Positions 1 through 8,736 of a DNA stretch of 64,000 nt are shown here, piece after piece. The DNA is taken from contig JAZDKB010000003.1 of NCBI GenBank assembly GCA_043803405.1, positions 56,143-120,142 of the forward strand. Reading direction: 5' to 3'. The notes under the pieces are model-generated. The model saw nothing but the letters and a program-made list of their open reading frames with translations. It made no database searches and was not told the DNA's origin. The position numbers were made by a program, and so were the translations under genes. The number at the start of each line of letters is the position of its first letter. The stretch's first letter is position 1. This DNA is from Spirochaetota bacterium (lineage in GTDB: Bacteria > Spirochaetota > UBA4802 > JAFGDQ01).

Positions 1-1197
1 GAAAACCCATCCGGAGTCAGCAAAGATATTAATTATTTAAATAACGAAAAAGACAATATTCACAATATATCCAACAACCAAAACGAAAAAACCGATGATA
101 AATCCGAACTTGCCGGCGCCGATAAAACCCATAAAGATGTTCAGGATTCCGCTCTAAGAACAAAAAAAACTAATAATAAAGAAAAAGCATCTGAAATTGA
201 AGATCCTTCTTTGTTGTTAAAAGAAATAAATTATATTTTAAATATGATTAAGGGAGCACCTTTTGAAAAAAGGCAAATACAGGAGATTAAATCGGTTTTA
301 TCTGAATTAAAAAACAGTCTCATAACAAAGAATGATAATCCGGATAAAAATATAATTACACAGAACAGCCTTGAATTGAAAAAAATGCTGGAGAAACTTA
401 AAAGCTTAATTGAAACCGCGAATGAGCGTTCCGGCATTAAGCGCCTGAATTTCGACAACAAAGATGTTATTGCAAAGACTGAAAAAAGCGGGGATATACG
501 CGATATAGAGGATCTTAAAAAACAAATATCAAAACTTATCGAAGATCTGAAACAGAATATAAATCATAAAAAAACCGAAAATATTTTCAGCAAAATCGAA
601 GATGTTAATGAAAATAAAAATCTGAATGTTCAAAAAGTTCTTCAGGAAAATACTTCGGCCGACAAAAGCGAAAACGCACAGGCGAAGGATAATTCGTCCG
701 GCTTCAATTTCTCCTCGCAAAGAAAAGAAGTGGAAAGTACAGGATCGAGCCTTCACAAAGGAAATGCCGCAGGAACCGAGAGAAGAAACGCGTTCGAGGA
801 TCAGCTTGATGCGGTGATGCAGAATGCAAGGATAGTTGTGCGCGACAGCAAAAACGGAAGCTTCTCCATAAGGCTGCAGCCCGAGTCGCTCGGCACAGTC
901 AACGTAAACCTAAACCTTGAGCAGGGCGTCATTATGGGAAGATTTCTCGTGGACAGCGCAGAAGCAAAAGAAGTCCTGCTCGAGAATATGCAGTCTGTAA
1001 TTGAGCGCCTTCAGGATAACGGAATTTCGGTCGGCGAATTCAACGTAAATGTCCGGGAAAATAAAAGTTCATTTTCCGGATTCAGAGAGGATGCATTGCC
1101 GCATATTATCAATCATAAAGAACCGGTAACTGCAGGCAATGAATATGAAATAAATTCGCATTACATGCACGATGGTGCCATAGATCTCATTATATAA
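1..1197 (+). CDS. fliK: Flagellar hook-length control protein FliK (5'-truncated by window)
   Basis: Frame is open from base 1 into ORF 211..1197. C-terminal FliK motif IRLQPESLGTVNVNL...AKEVLLENM...LQDNGI; directly upstream of flgD-flgE. Confidence 0.88.
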   Translation, partial: ENPSGVSKDINYLNNEKDNIHNISNNQNEKTDDKSELAGADKTHKDVQDSALRTKKTNNKEKASEIEDPSLLLKEINYILNMIKGAPFEKRQIQEIKSVLSELKNSLITKNDNPDKNIITQNSLELKKMLEKLKSLIETANERSGIKRLNFDNKDVIAKTEKSGDIRDIEDLKKQISKLIEDLKQNINHKKTENIFSKIEDVNENKNLNVQKVLQENTSADKSENAQAKDNSSGFNFSSQRKEVESTGSSLHKGNAAGTERRNAFEDQLDAVMQNARIVVRDSKNGSFSIRLQPESLGTVNVNLNLEQGVIMGRFLVDSAEAKEVLLENMQSVIERLQDNGISVGEFNVNVRENKSSFSGFREDALPHIINHKEPVTAGNEYEINSHYMHDGAIDLII

Positions 1198-1268
1198 ACA
1201 GAGACATATAACCATTTGTACTTTAGACACAAATAAGACATTATTTATTTTTTAATAAAAGGTATGTT

Positions 1269-1802
1269 ATGGAAAATAATTCAGCAGCAATTACAAATTC
1301 AGTAAAAAAGCAAAACACAAATAACACTATAACAAATTCCCCCAGAAAAAATAAAGTGGGGAATGAAAATCTGGATAAAGACGCTTTTCTAAAACTTCTG
1401 GTTACGGAACTGAGACATCAGGACCCGACCCAGCCTATGGAAAACAAGGAATTCATATCGCAAATGGCACAGTTTTCCGCGCTGGAGCAAATGACAAACG
1501 TAAACAAATCGATTCAGCAGCTTAACAAAACTTCCAGATCAGCAGAAGCGTATTCACTTCTCGGTAAAAACGTCAAAGCGTTCGATCCGGCATCCGGCAT
1601 AAAGGTTGAGGGAGCAGTCACTTCAATATTTTACAAAAACGACGAAATAAGACTTATGGTAAATGGAAAGGAAATCGGATTAAATGATATTCATTCAGTA
1701 TACACAAATGATCCGGAAAATAAAACCGGGAAAGCAAACGTAACGGATTATAATCCTAAAGATAATAAGAATAATAACGATACTAATAAAGCAGGGAATT
1801 AA
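1269..1802 (+). CDS. flgD: Flagellar hook capping protein FlgD
   Basis: LDKDAFLKLLVTELRHQDPTQPMENKEFISQMAQFSALEQM signature. Confidence 0.96.
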   Translation: MENNSAAITNSVKKQNTNNTITNSPRKNKVGNENLDKDAFLKLLVTELRHQDPTQPMENKEFISQMAQFSALEQMTNVNKSIQQLNKTSRSAEAYSLLGKNVKAFDPASGIKVEGAVTSIFYKNDEIRLMVNGKEIGLNDIHSVYTNDPENKTGKANVTDYNPKDNKNNNDTNKAGN

Positions 1803-1855
1803 TTTTTTTATTACATTTTGTTTAAAAAAAATTTGGATCCAGGAGCAAAATCGCC

Positions 1856-3229
1856 ATGATGAGATCACTTTTTTCCGGTGTTTCCGGATTAAAAAACCAT
1901 CAAACCAGAATGGACGTAGTCGGCAACAATATTTCCAATGTAAATACTTACGGGTTTAAAACCAGCAGGGTAACTTTCCAGGATATGTTGTCGCAAACAA
2001 TTGCAGGCGCAGCGAAACCGGAAGAGAACAAGGGCGGAGTTAATCCAAAACAGGTTGGGCTGGGAATGACCATAGCATCGATCGACAGGCTCTTTACACA
2101 GGGAAGCCTGCAGACGACCGGGAACCAGACCGACATGGCTATATCGGGAGACGGATTCTTTATTACCGGGAAAGGCGATAAAAAATATTATACAAGAGCA
2201 GGCAATTTTACTTTGGACAAAGACGGCTCGCTCGTAAGCCCGGCTAACGGCTTAAGAGTTCAGGGCTGGATGGCTACACGAAATGAGAAAGGCGAAAAAG
2301 TTGTAAATACATCCGGAACAGTTGAAGACCTGGTTGTCCCCATATACGGTAAAGTTGAAGCGAAAGAAACGACATACTTAAAATATAAATGCAATCTTGA
2401 TGCCAAAATGCCGGTGCTGCCTCCGAACGCTACAGGCGCAATGAGGGCTTCTGCCGGCGTTACGACAAACATTGATGTTTACGACAAACTGGGCGACCCT
2501 CACAGGCTGACCCTCACGTTCTGGAAAACAGCGCCGAATCAGTGGACAGCTTCGGCAGGCATAACCGGCGCACTCGGCCCGGTAATGCTCGACGTGCCTG
2601 CTGGCGCTAACCAGGCCGACCAGGCTAACACATCCAACAGAATGAACCTGCGCTTTTCTCCTGAAGGAAGGCTTATTTCCGTCGCGGACGAAAGCAGTCC
2701 GGACGAACTGAATCAGGGGAGTCTTGGGGTCAATTTTAAATACAGAATCGCGGGCGACCCGACTGTCAGGACAATCAACATGGATATCGGCAAAGCCGGA
2801 CTGGTTGAAGGTATTACCCAGTATTCAAGCCCTTCTACGACCAAAGCTGTTGAGCAGAACGGCTTCACAATGGGATACATGGAAGCATTTAATATAGACG
2901 ATTCCGGCGTTATTACCGGAGTATATTCAAACGGTACAAAAGAGACAATCGGACAGGTCGGTATGGCTGTGTTTAATAATCCGGGCGGCCTTACCGCGAA
3001 CGGCGAGAACCTGTTTGAGACATCGAACAACTCAGGAATGCCGAACATAGGAGCCGCTTCCGAAGCAGGCAGAGGGAAGATAGTAGCAGGAACACTGGAA
3101 ATGTCGAACGTTGATCTTTCTGACCAGTTTACGGATATGATCATTACTCAGCGCGGATTTCAGGCTAATTCGAGAACAATAGTTACATCTGATCAAATGC
3201 TTCAGGAATTAATTAACCTTAAGAGATAA
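1856..3229 (+). CDS. flgE: Flagellar hook protein FlgE
   Basis: N-terminal GNNISNVNTYGFK, YTRAGNF, C-terminal LEMSNVDLSDQFTDMIITQRGFQANSR; GGAG RBS upstream. Confidence 0.97.
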   Translation: MMRSLFSGVSGLKNHQTRMDVVGNNISNVNTYGFKTSRVTFQDMLSQTIAGAAKPEENKGGVNPKQVGLGMTIASIDRLFTQGSLQTTGNQTDMAISGDGFFITGKGDKKYYTRAGNFTLDKDGSLVSPANGLRVQGWMATRNEKGEKVVNTSGTVEDLVVPIYGKVEAKETTYLKYKCNLDAKMPVLPPNATGAMRASAGVTTNIDVYDKLGDPHRLTLTFWKTAPNQWTASAGITGALGPVMLDVPAGANQADQANTSNRMNLRFSPEGRLISVADESSPDELNQGSLGVNFKYRIAGDPTVRTINMDIGKAGLVEGITQYSSPSTTKAVEQNGFTMGYMEAFNIDDSGVITGVYSNGTKETIGQVGMAVFNNPGGLTANGENLFETSNNSGMPNIGAASEAGRGKIVAGTLEMSNVDLSDQFTDMIITQRGFQANSRTIVTSDQMLQELINLKR

Positions 3230-3234
3230 AGTCT

Positions 3235-3300
3235 GATTAAGAGTGCTTTCTAAAATCCATTTGATAATTATTATCGGATTTTAGGACGCACTCATTAATC
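3235..3300. repeat. Imperfect inverted repeat between convergent genes (terminator-like or MITE-derived)
   Basis: gattaa-gagtgctttctaaaatcc ... ggattttaggacgcactc-a-ttaatc, with inner gataat/attatc stem. Confidence 0.65.
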
Positions 3301-4560
3301 GATAATAACAGGCAGCATAATTTGCGCCAGCACACTGCTCTTTGCCCGGTTCTCAATATGATCCTTTACATCATGTATTAAAAAAATTCCCCCGTGCTTC
3401 CTTGTTATATTATCAACAATCGTCAGCCCCAGGCCAAGGCCGATTTTTTCAACTTTCTGAATGCTTTCATCAGGCGGCAGAATTCTGAAAAAAGGTTCAA
3501 GAACAAGTTTTTCGTATTTTTGAGGTATTCCGCCGTAAGGATTCTCAGTTATTTCATTCATAGTGCAAATCCACAGGTAACCTTCTTTTATAAATGAAAA
3601 GAGATTTATAGTGCTGCCATGAACCGAATATTTATACGCATTAATAACAAGTTCTTCTATTATCAAAGTTAATTTCTCGAGATTAATATTCAAATTACAG
3701 TTTGTTTTAAGTTCAGGGTATGTTATTTTTAAATTTTTTTTCTCAAGATAAGGTACAACATCTTTTACCATTCCGGGAATAGCCGATATCAATACTGCTG
3801 AATTTGTTACATCAAAAGCAAAAACATTCTCAAGCAAATTTGAAATCTCGTGCAGCCATTTAAGCTGCTCCGTGCACATTTCATAATTATCGATAAGAAG
3901 ATTAATCATTTCTTTATCTATTGAATATGCATTGCCCTCGTCTTTTTTTGCATTATTAATAATATCGATAATAGTAAGCAAAGAACCGAAACCTTTCCCC
4001 TGTGTCAGGGAAGTCTTAAGATTATAAATGGATTTAATTTCAGCATATTCCTTTGCAGCAACTCTTCTGTCCTCTTTATAATTCAGCCATTCCAGATGAT
4101 TCCTGATTTTTAAGGAAGCTGCATTCGATAACTCGGCTTCCATATCTCTAAGATTTTTGTATTCCAGGCTTTTTCTAATAACCTTCTGAAACAGATCCGG
4201 ATCCAATGGTTTAATTAAATAATCAAAAACACCCAATTTCATAATATCTATGATCGTATCGGATGAATCAAGCGCAGTCTGGACCAGTATTACAGCATCG
4301 GGAATTTTTTCTTTAAGCTTTTTAATAAATGTCTTCCCATCCATTACAGGCATCATTAAATCCACAATATAAATGGAAAAGGATTTTTTTTCCATAAGTT
4401 CCAGTCCCTTCTGCCCGTTCTCGGCAATTTCGCAAGGAACATCCATATTTCTGCACAACTCGTTCAGCAAATCCTGATTTTCCTTTACATCTTCCAGAAT
4501 TAATATAGGGGCTTTAATACTATATTTACTGATAACCATATTCCCGTTTCTGGCAGCCAT
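3295..4560 (-). CDS. Response regulator receiver + HATPase (atypical hybrid kinase, no obvious H-box)
   Basis: REC motifs ILILED, IVDLMMPVMDG, YLIKP; C-terminal EELVINAYKY, EPFFR, GLGLGL. Confidence 0.85.
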   Translation of the reverse strand: MAARNGNMVISKYSIKAPILILEDVKENQDLLNELCRNMDVPCEIAENGQKGLELMEKKSFSIYIVDLMMPVMDGKTFIKKLKEKIPDAVILVQTALDSSDTIIDIMKLGVFDYLIKPLDPDLFQKVIRKSLEYKNLRDMEAELSNAASLKIRNHLEWLNYKEDRRVAAKEYAEIKSIYNLKTSLTQGKGFGSLLTIIDIINNAKKDEGNAYSIDKEMINLLIDNYEMCTEQLKWLHEISNLLENVFAFDVTNSAVLISAIPGMVKDVVPYLEKKNLKITYPELKTNCNLNINLEKLTLIIEELVINAYKYSVHGSTINLFSFIKEGYLWICTMNEITENPYGGIPQKYEKLVLEPFFRILPPDESIQKVEKIGLGLGLTIVDNITRKHGGIFLIHDVKDHIENRAKSSVLAQIMLPVIID

Positions 4561-4681
4561 TATTTTTCCCCTGTTTACAAGCCGGTTTATTAAGTAAAAT
4601 ACATGTCACTTATCAGATCGTTTATAAGATCAACCTGTCGAAAAAATATTTTAAACAAGCAACTATAAATTGTCCGTCAGT

Positions 4682-6256
4682 TCAGTTTATTATCTGGGAC
4701 GTTTCAATAACCGGAATTGATATAGTAAACGTAGTTCCCAGTCCTTCAATGCTCTTTAAAGAAATTGATCCGTTATGCGCATCGATTATTTTCTTTACAA
4801 TGCTAAGGCCTATCCCTGCCCCCTGCCTTTCCCTTATTAAACCATTCTCACCCATGCAAAATGCTTCAAATAACCGATCCTGAACTTCTTTTTTTATTCC
4901 TATACCGTTATCTGCTATGTCCACTTCTATAGATTTATTTTTTCTGCGGGTGTTTATCTTAATATGCCCGTCATCCTTTGTAAATTTTACAGTATTGGAT
5001 AACAGCTGAAGAAACATCTGCTCCAGCCTGCTTTCATCACCAAGTATAAGCGAATCGTTATTCTCATTTATATATTCTATTTTCCTGTTTTGAGTTGCAG
5101 TTTTCTCTCTAAAAATATTGATACAGGAAAGCAATACTGAATCTATTCTTGTAGGTTTTTTTTCGAATTTAATTTTTCCCGAATCTATCCTTACAAGGTC
5201 CAGTATATTATTTATTATCTCAAGCAATCTCATACCGGAATTATTAATATTTTCCAGATATTCGCCGTAAGTGTTACTGTTGTAGCCGTTTTTCATTAAT
5301 TTGGAAAATCCGATTATTGAGTTAAGCGGGGTTCTTAGCTCGTGGCTCATATTTGCTATAAATTCGCCCTTTGCCCTGTTGGCTGTTTCCGACATTTCCT
5401 TTGAACACATAAGCTCAAATGTACGTTCTTTAATTAATTCTTCAAGGTTATCGCGATGTTTTTTTAATTCTTCCTCCCCTGCCTTGCGCTCTGTTATATC
5501 CCTGGAATTGACTATTACACATGATACGATCCCGTTTTCGTTCACCACAGGGCTGAACTTTGATTCCAGAGTGCGCCATAATCCGGTTTTAAGTTTAAAC
5601 CTGTATTCCTTAACCAGAAAAGAATACAGATTTTTAACCAGTCCTGTATATTCAGTAATAAGCTTTTGTTTATTATCAGAATGAACAAAATTAAAAAAAT
5701 TCTCGCCAATAAGTTCTATAGGTTCATACCCGAACTGGGATTCAATGGAAGGGCTTTTGTATAATATTATTCCGTCAGTATCGATTATGCTTATTATGTC
5801 GGACCCGTTTTCAACCATCATTCTGAACTCTTTTTCTTTGCTGAGCATATTCATTTCTGTTAATTTCCGCTCAATGGCAAAATCGATCGACTTCTCCAGC
5901 AAGTTAGCGTTAAAGTCTCCTTTAACCAGATAGTCCTGCGCCCCAAGAGAAATCGCCTTTGGGCCGATCTCATTAGTGTATGCTCCGGTAATTACTACAA
6001 TGGGTATCCCCGGCCTTTTTTGATTAATAACCTGCAATGTGTGCAGATTAGTGCTGTCCGGCAGATTCAAATCCAGAAGTATTGCATCAAAGTCTTTCGT
6101 ATCTAATTTCGATATAGCCGATGAAAGAGTTTCTGCATGTTCAACAATATATGTGTATTTTATTGAACTTGAAAACATATCGTGCAATAAATAAATAATT
6201 GATTTTTGATCCTCAACAATTAGCACTTTCAGGGTCTTGGCCGGAGCTTCTTTCAT
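4682..6256 (-). CDS. REC-PAS-HisKA-HATPase hybrid sensor histidine kinase
   Basis: LLDLNLPD (REC), PAS (SDIISIIDTDG...FVHSD), ANMSHELRTPLN H-box, DNGIGI, GAGIGL. Confidence 0.93.
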   Translation of the reverse strand: MKEAPAKTLKVLIVEDQKSIIYLLHDMFSSSIKYTYIVEHAETLSSAISKLDTKDFDAILLDLNLPDSTNLHTLQVINQKRPGIPIVVITGAYTNEIGPKAISLGAQDYLVKGDFNANLLEKSIDFAIERKLTEMNMLSKEKEFRMMVENGSDIISIIDTDGIILYKSPSIESQFGYEPIELIGENFFNFVHSDNKQKLITEYTGLVKNLYSFLVKEYRFKLKTGLWRTLESKFSPVVNENGIVSCVIVNSRDITERKAGEEELKKHRDNLEELIKERTFELMCSKEMSETANRAKGEFIANMSHELRTPLNSIIGFSKLMKNGYNSNTYGEYLENINNSGMRLLEIINNILDLVRIDSGKIKFEKKPTRIDSVLLSCINIFREKTATQNRKIEYINENNDSLILGDESRLEQMFLQLLSNTVKFTKDDGHIKINTRRKNKSIEVDIADNGIGIKKEVQDRLFEAFCMGENGLIRERQGAGIGLSIVKKIIDAHNGSISLKSIEGLGTTFTISIPVIETSQIIN

Positions 6257-6576
6257 AGAAATTCTTTATATACACAATATCAGTAAGTTAGTTTTAAAAG
6301 TAATCTTTTAATTTCCGGAAATATCCATGAAATGGCTTACATGAAAATTTTCAGAGGCATCATTTATAAATTGAATTATATCCCAGAGCTGTAAAAAAGT
6401 CAAAAAAAATATTGAAATGAATTTTTATATTAAAAAATATTTTTCTGGTTGAAAACCGCATATATAATATTAGAAGATTTATTATTTGTATTTATTTAAT
6501 AGCCTATATATTAATTTATCCGATTATGAATTATTTTGTATTACATATAGCGTTTAACGAATATTAATTTAGAGCC

Positions 6577-6659
6577 TGTCATTTCGAACGCATGTGAGAA
6601 ATCTAAAATTTATTTCATATTAAGGATTTCTCAGTCGCTATCGCTCCTTCGAAATGACA
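6577..6659. repeat. Palindromic intergenic element (RPE/REP-like)
   Basis: Perfect 12-bp IR tgtcatttcgaa/ttcgaaatgaca enclosing perfect 9-bp IR tgagaaatc/gatttctca. Confidence 0.75.
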
Positions 6660-6737
6660 AATACACTATTTCAATCGTTAACATCTGTAAGATATTTTAG
6701 CAACAGGCCGGGACAATTATTTATGGAGAGCAGTCCA

Positions 6738-7193
6738 ATGGACGATAAAATTTTACAAATAGCAACCAACAAAAAAGCCAGGTTTGAATACGAGATATCC
6801 GATACGTTTGAGGCGGGTATTGTTTTGACAGGCACCGAGGTTAAGGCTCTGCGGATGAAAAAAGTAAATATAGAAGACTGTTACGCAAGGATAAATAACG
6901 GGGAAATATTTGTAATCGGCATGAATATTTCCCCTTATGAGAAAGGGAATCGTTTTAATCACGAACCCGAGAGGGAAAGAAAAATGCTGATGCATAAACA
7001 TGAGATCAGAAGGCTTACAGGAAAGTTAAAGGAAAAAGGATTTACACTTGTCCCGCTTAAGATGTATTTTAAAAACGGGAAAGTAAAGGTTTTACTGGGT
7101 CTGGGGAAAGGGAAAGCGAAGTATGATAAAAGACAAGCTATTCAGAAAAGGGATATGGACAGAGAAATGCAGAGAGAGTGGCGGAACAAATAA
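6738..7193 (+). CDS. smpB: SsrA-binding protein SmpB
   Basis: IATNKKARFEYEI, EAGIVLTGTEVKALR, GKGKAKYDKR. Start moved to ATG 6738 after GGAG RBS. Confidence 0.96.
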   Translation: MDDKILQIATNKKARFEYEISDTFEAGIVLTGTEVKALRMKKVNIEDCYARINNGEIFVIGMNISPYEKGNRFNHEPERERKMLMHKHEIRRLTGKLKEKGFTLVPLKMYFKNGKVKVLLGLGKGKAKYDKRQAIQKRDMDREMQREWRNK

Positions 7194-7200
7194 ACTATTA

Positions 7201-8250
7201 TCAATTCATTATTTCAAAAATTGATGGGGCTTTATCCTTAAGGGAATCTATCATTTCAAAGAATTTAACCGAATCGACTATATAATAATTACCGGAATAT
7301 TTTATCACAGCTTTGCCGCAGCATTCCCCCTTGAGTTCGTAAGAGAACGGGATTTTCCGTGCGTATGACTTTTCGTAATCAAGACCCCAAAAACCGTTCC
7401 TGTTCTCGAAAAGCAAACCGGATGAAAAAAATTCAACATCCAGCAGATTTTCGAATTGAAACAGATTCTTTATTTTCATAGACGGGACAGACAGTCTTGC
7501 CAGTACGTATTTTCCTGCATTCCCTGTAATATAATACAGTTCATTATACCTGAGCAGCAGTTTATTGGAGCTTAAACTTAAATTTTGTATAACTGCCGAA
7601 TTGCTGTTTAAATCGAAAATATTATAGTTATATTTTCCTGCTATACCAACAGCAGTGCCTAATAGATTTCCGGCCCTGTACATATACACTTCGTAGCTTT
7701 CTTTATCGGAAAACGAATTGGATTTATCGGGCATTAATAGTCTTTCAGTATCGGTAGCCTGGTCGTAAATAAAAATTCCTTTATTCTTATAATAATATAT
7801 ATTTTCGCTGCTGATAATAAATGCCTTAATTTGTTTATCATCCGGTGTAGGCCCGCATGTTTTAACCAAACTGCCTTCAGAATTATAAATCCTGATATCA
7901 GTTCCGTTTGATAATCCCAGTTTCCCGGCGTCCTGATCATAACTGACAATATTGTAATTATCAGCCAGCTCCAGTTCCATCTCCAGCGGCCAGATAATTT
8001 TAAGTATTTTTTTTTGCCTGCTGAATAAAACATTATGTCCGTAAGATAATCGGTTTTCATTTACTTTTTTTATGCTGGATGCAATGACAAGTCCCTCTTC
8101 AATACAGCTGGCAGCTTTTGCAATCTCACCGTTATTGTATAACTCCAGGCCTTTATTTATTTTTTTTTCTGCATCCTGTGAACAGCCAAAAATAAAAGCT
8201 GCACATATTATAAAATAAAAATATTTTTTTATATCGTATAATGGGATCAT
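7201..8250 (-). CDS. Hypothetical lipoprotein (TPR-like N-terminus, beta-rich remainder)
   Basis: 349 aa ORF; hydrophobic signal ending IFGC lipobox. Confidence 0.7.
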   Translation of the reverse strand: MIPLYDIKKYFYFIICAAFIFGCSQDAEKKINKGLELYNNGEIAKAASCIEEGLVIASSIKKVNENRLSYGHNVLFSRQKKILKIIWPLEMELELADNYNIVSYDQDAGKLGLSNGTDIRIYNSEGSLVKTCGPTPDDKQIKAFIISSENIYYYKNKGIFIYDQATDTERLLMPDKSNSFSDKESYEVYMYRAGNLLGTAVGIAGKYNYNIFDLNSNSAVIQNLSLSSNKLLLRYNELYYITGNAGKYVLARLSVPSMKIKNLFQFENLLDVEFFSSGLLFENRNGFWGLDYEKSYARKIPFSYELKGECCGKAVIKYSGNYYIVDSVKFFEMIDSLKDKAPSIFEIMN

Positions 8251-8296
8251 AGTTATTTCTGCTTTTTACATATATTTGTTTTTATTACGACTCATC

Positions 8297-8659
8297 TTAT
8301 CCGAATATTTTTTGTCTGAAAAGAAAAAATACAGCGCCCAGCAGGCAAAGGCTGGCCCAGAGATAGTCAAGAGAGAGTTTCTCTTTCATATAGAGAGTCG
8401 CAAACGGAAAAAATATTGATAATGTAATAACTTCCTGAATTATTTTCAACTGTCCCAGAGTCATTGCTTCGTGTCCTATTCTGTTTGCAGGCACCTGAAT
8501 AAGATATTCGAATAAGGCAATACCCCAGCTGGCAAGGGCTGCCACAATCCACGGCTTATTGGATAAATTTTTTAAATGCCCGTACCATGCGAATGTCATA
8601 AAAACGTTGCTACAGCATAGCAATGAAATTGTTAAAACGTATTTACTCATAACAGTCAT
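8297..8659 (-). CDS. DMT-superfamily small membrane protein (DUF486-type)
   Basis: SNVFMTFAWYGHLK, SWGIALFEY.IQVPANRIG, QLKIIQEVITL. Confidence 0.9.
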   Translation of the reverse strand: MTVMSKYVLTISLLCCSNVFMTFAWYGHLKNLSNKPWIVAALASWGIALFEYLIQVPANRIGHEAMTLGQLKIIQEVITLSIFFPFATLYMKEKLSLDYLWASLCLLGAVFFLFRQKIFG

Positions 8660-8736
8660 CCTGTCAATTATTTTACATTTAAAGTGCAGTCAGAATCTGA
8701 ATAGCACAGAAGGAAATATAATACTAAGAAAAAAGC

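Noticed and set aside
6257..6570. Very AT-rich spacer as possible oriC
   Set aside because: No DnaA-box cluster (TTATCCACA) and no dnaA/dnaN context; explained as a divergent promoter region.
6654..7250. tmRNA (ssrA) next to smpB
   Set aside because: No tRNA-like ends or tag reading frame seen nearby, nor in the 20.3-kb block.
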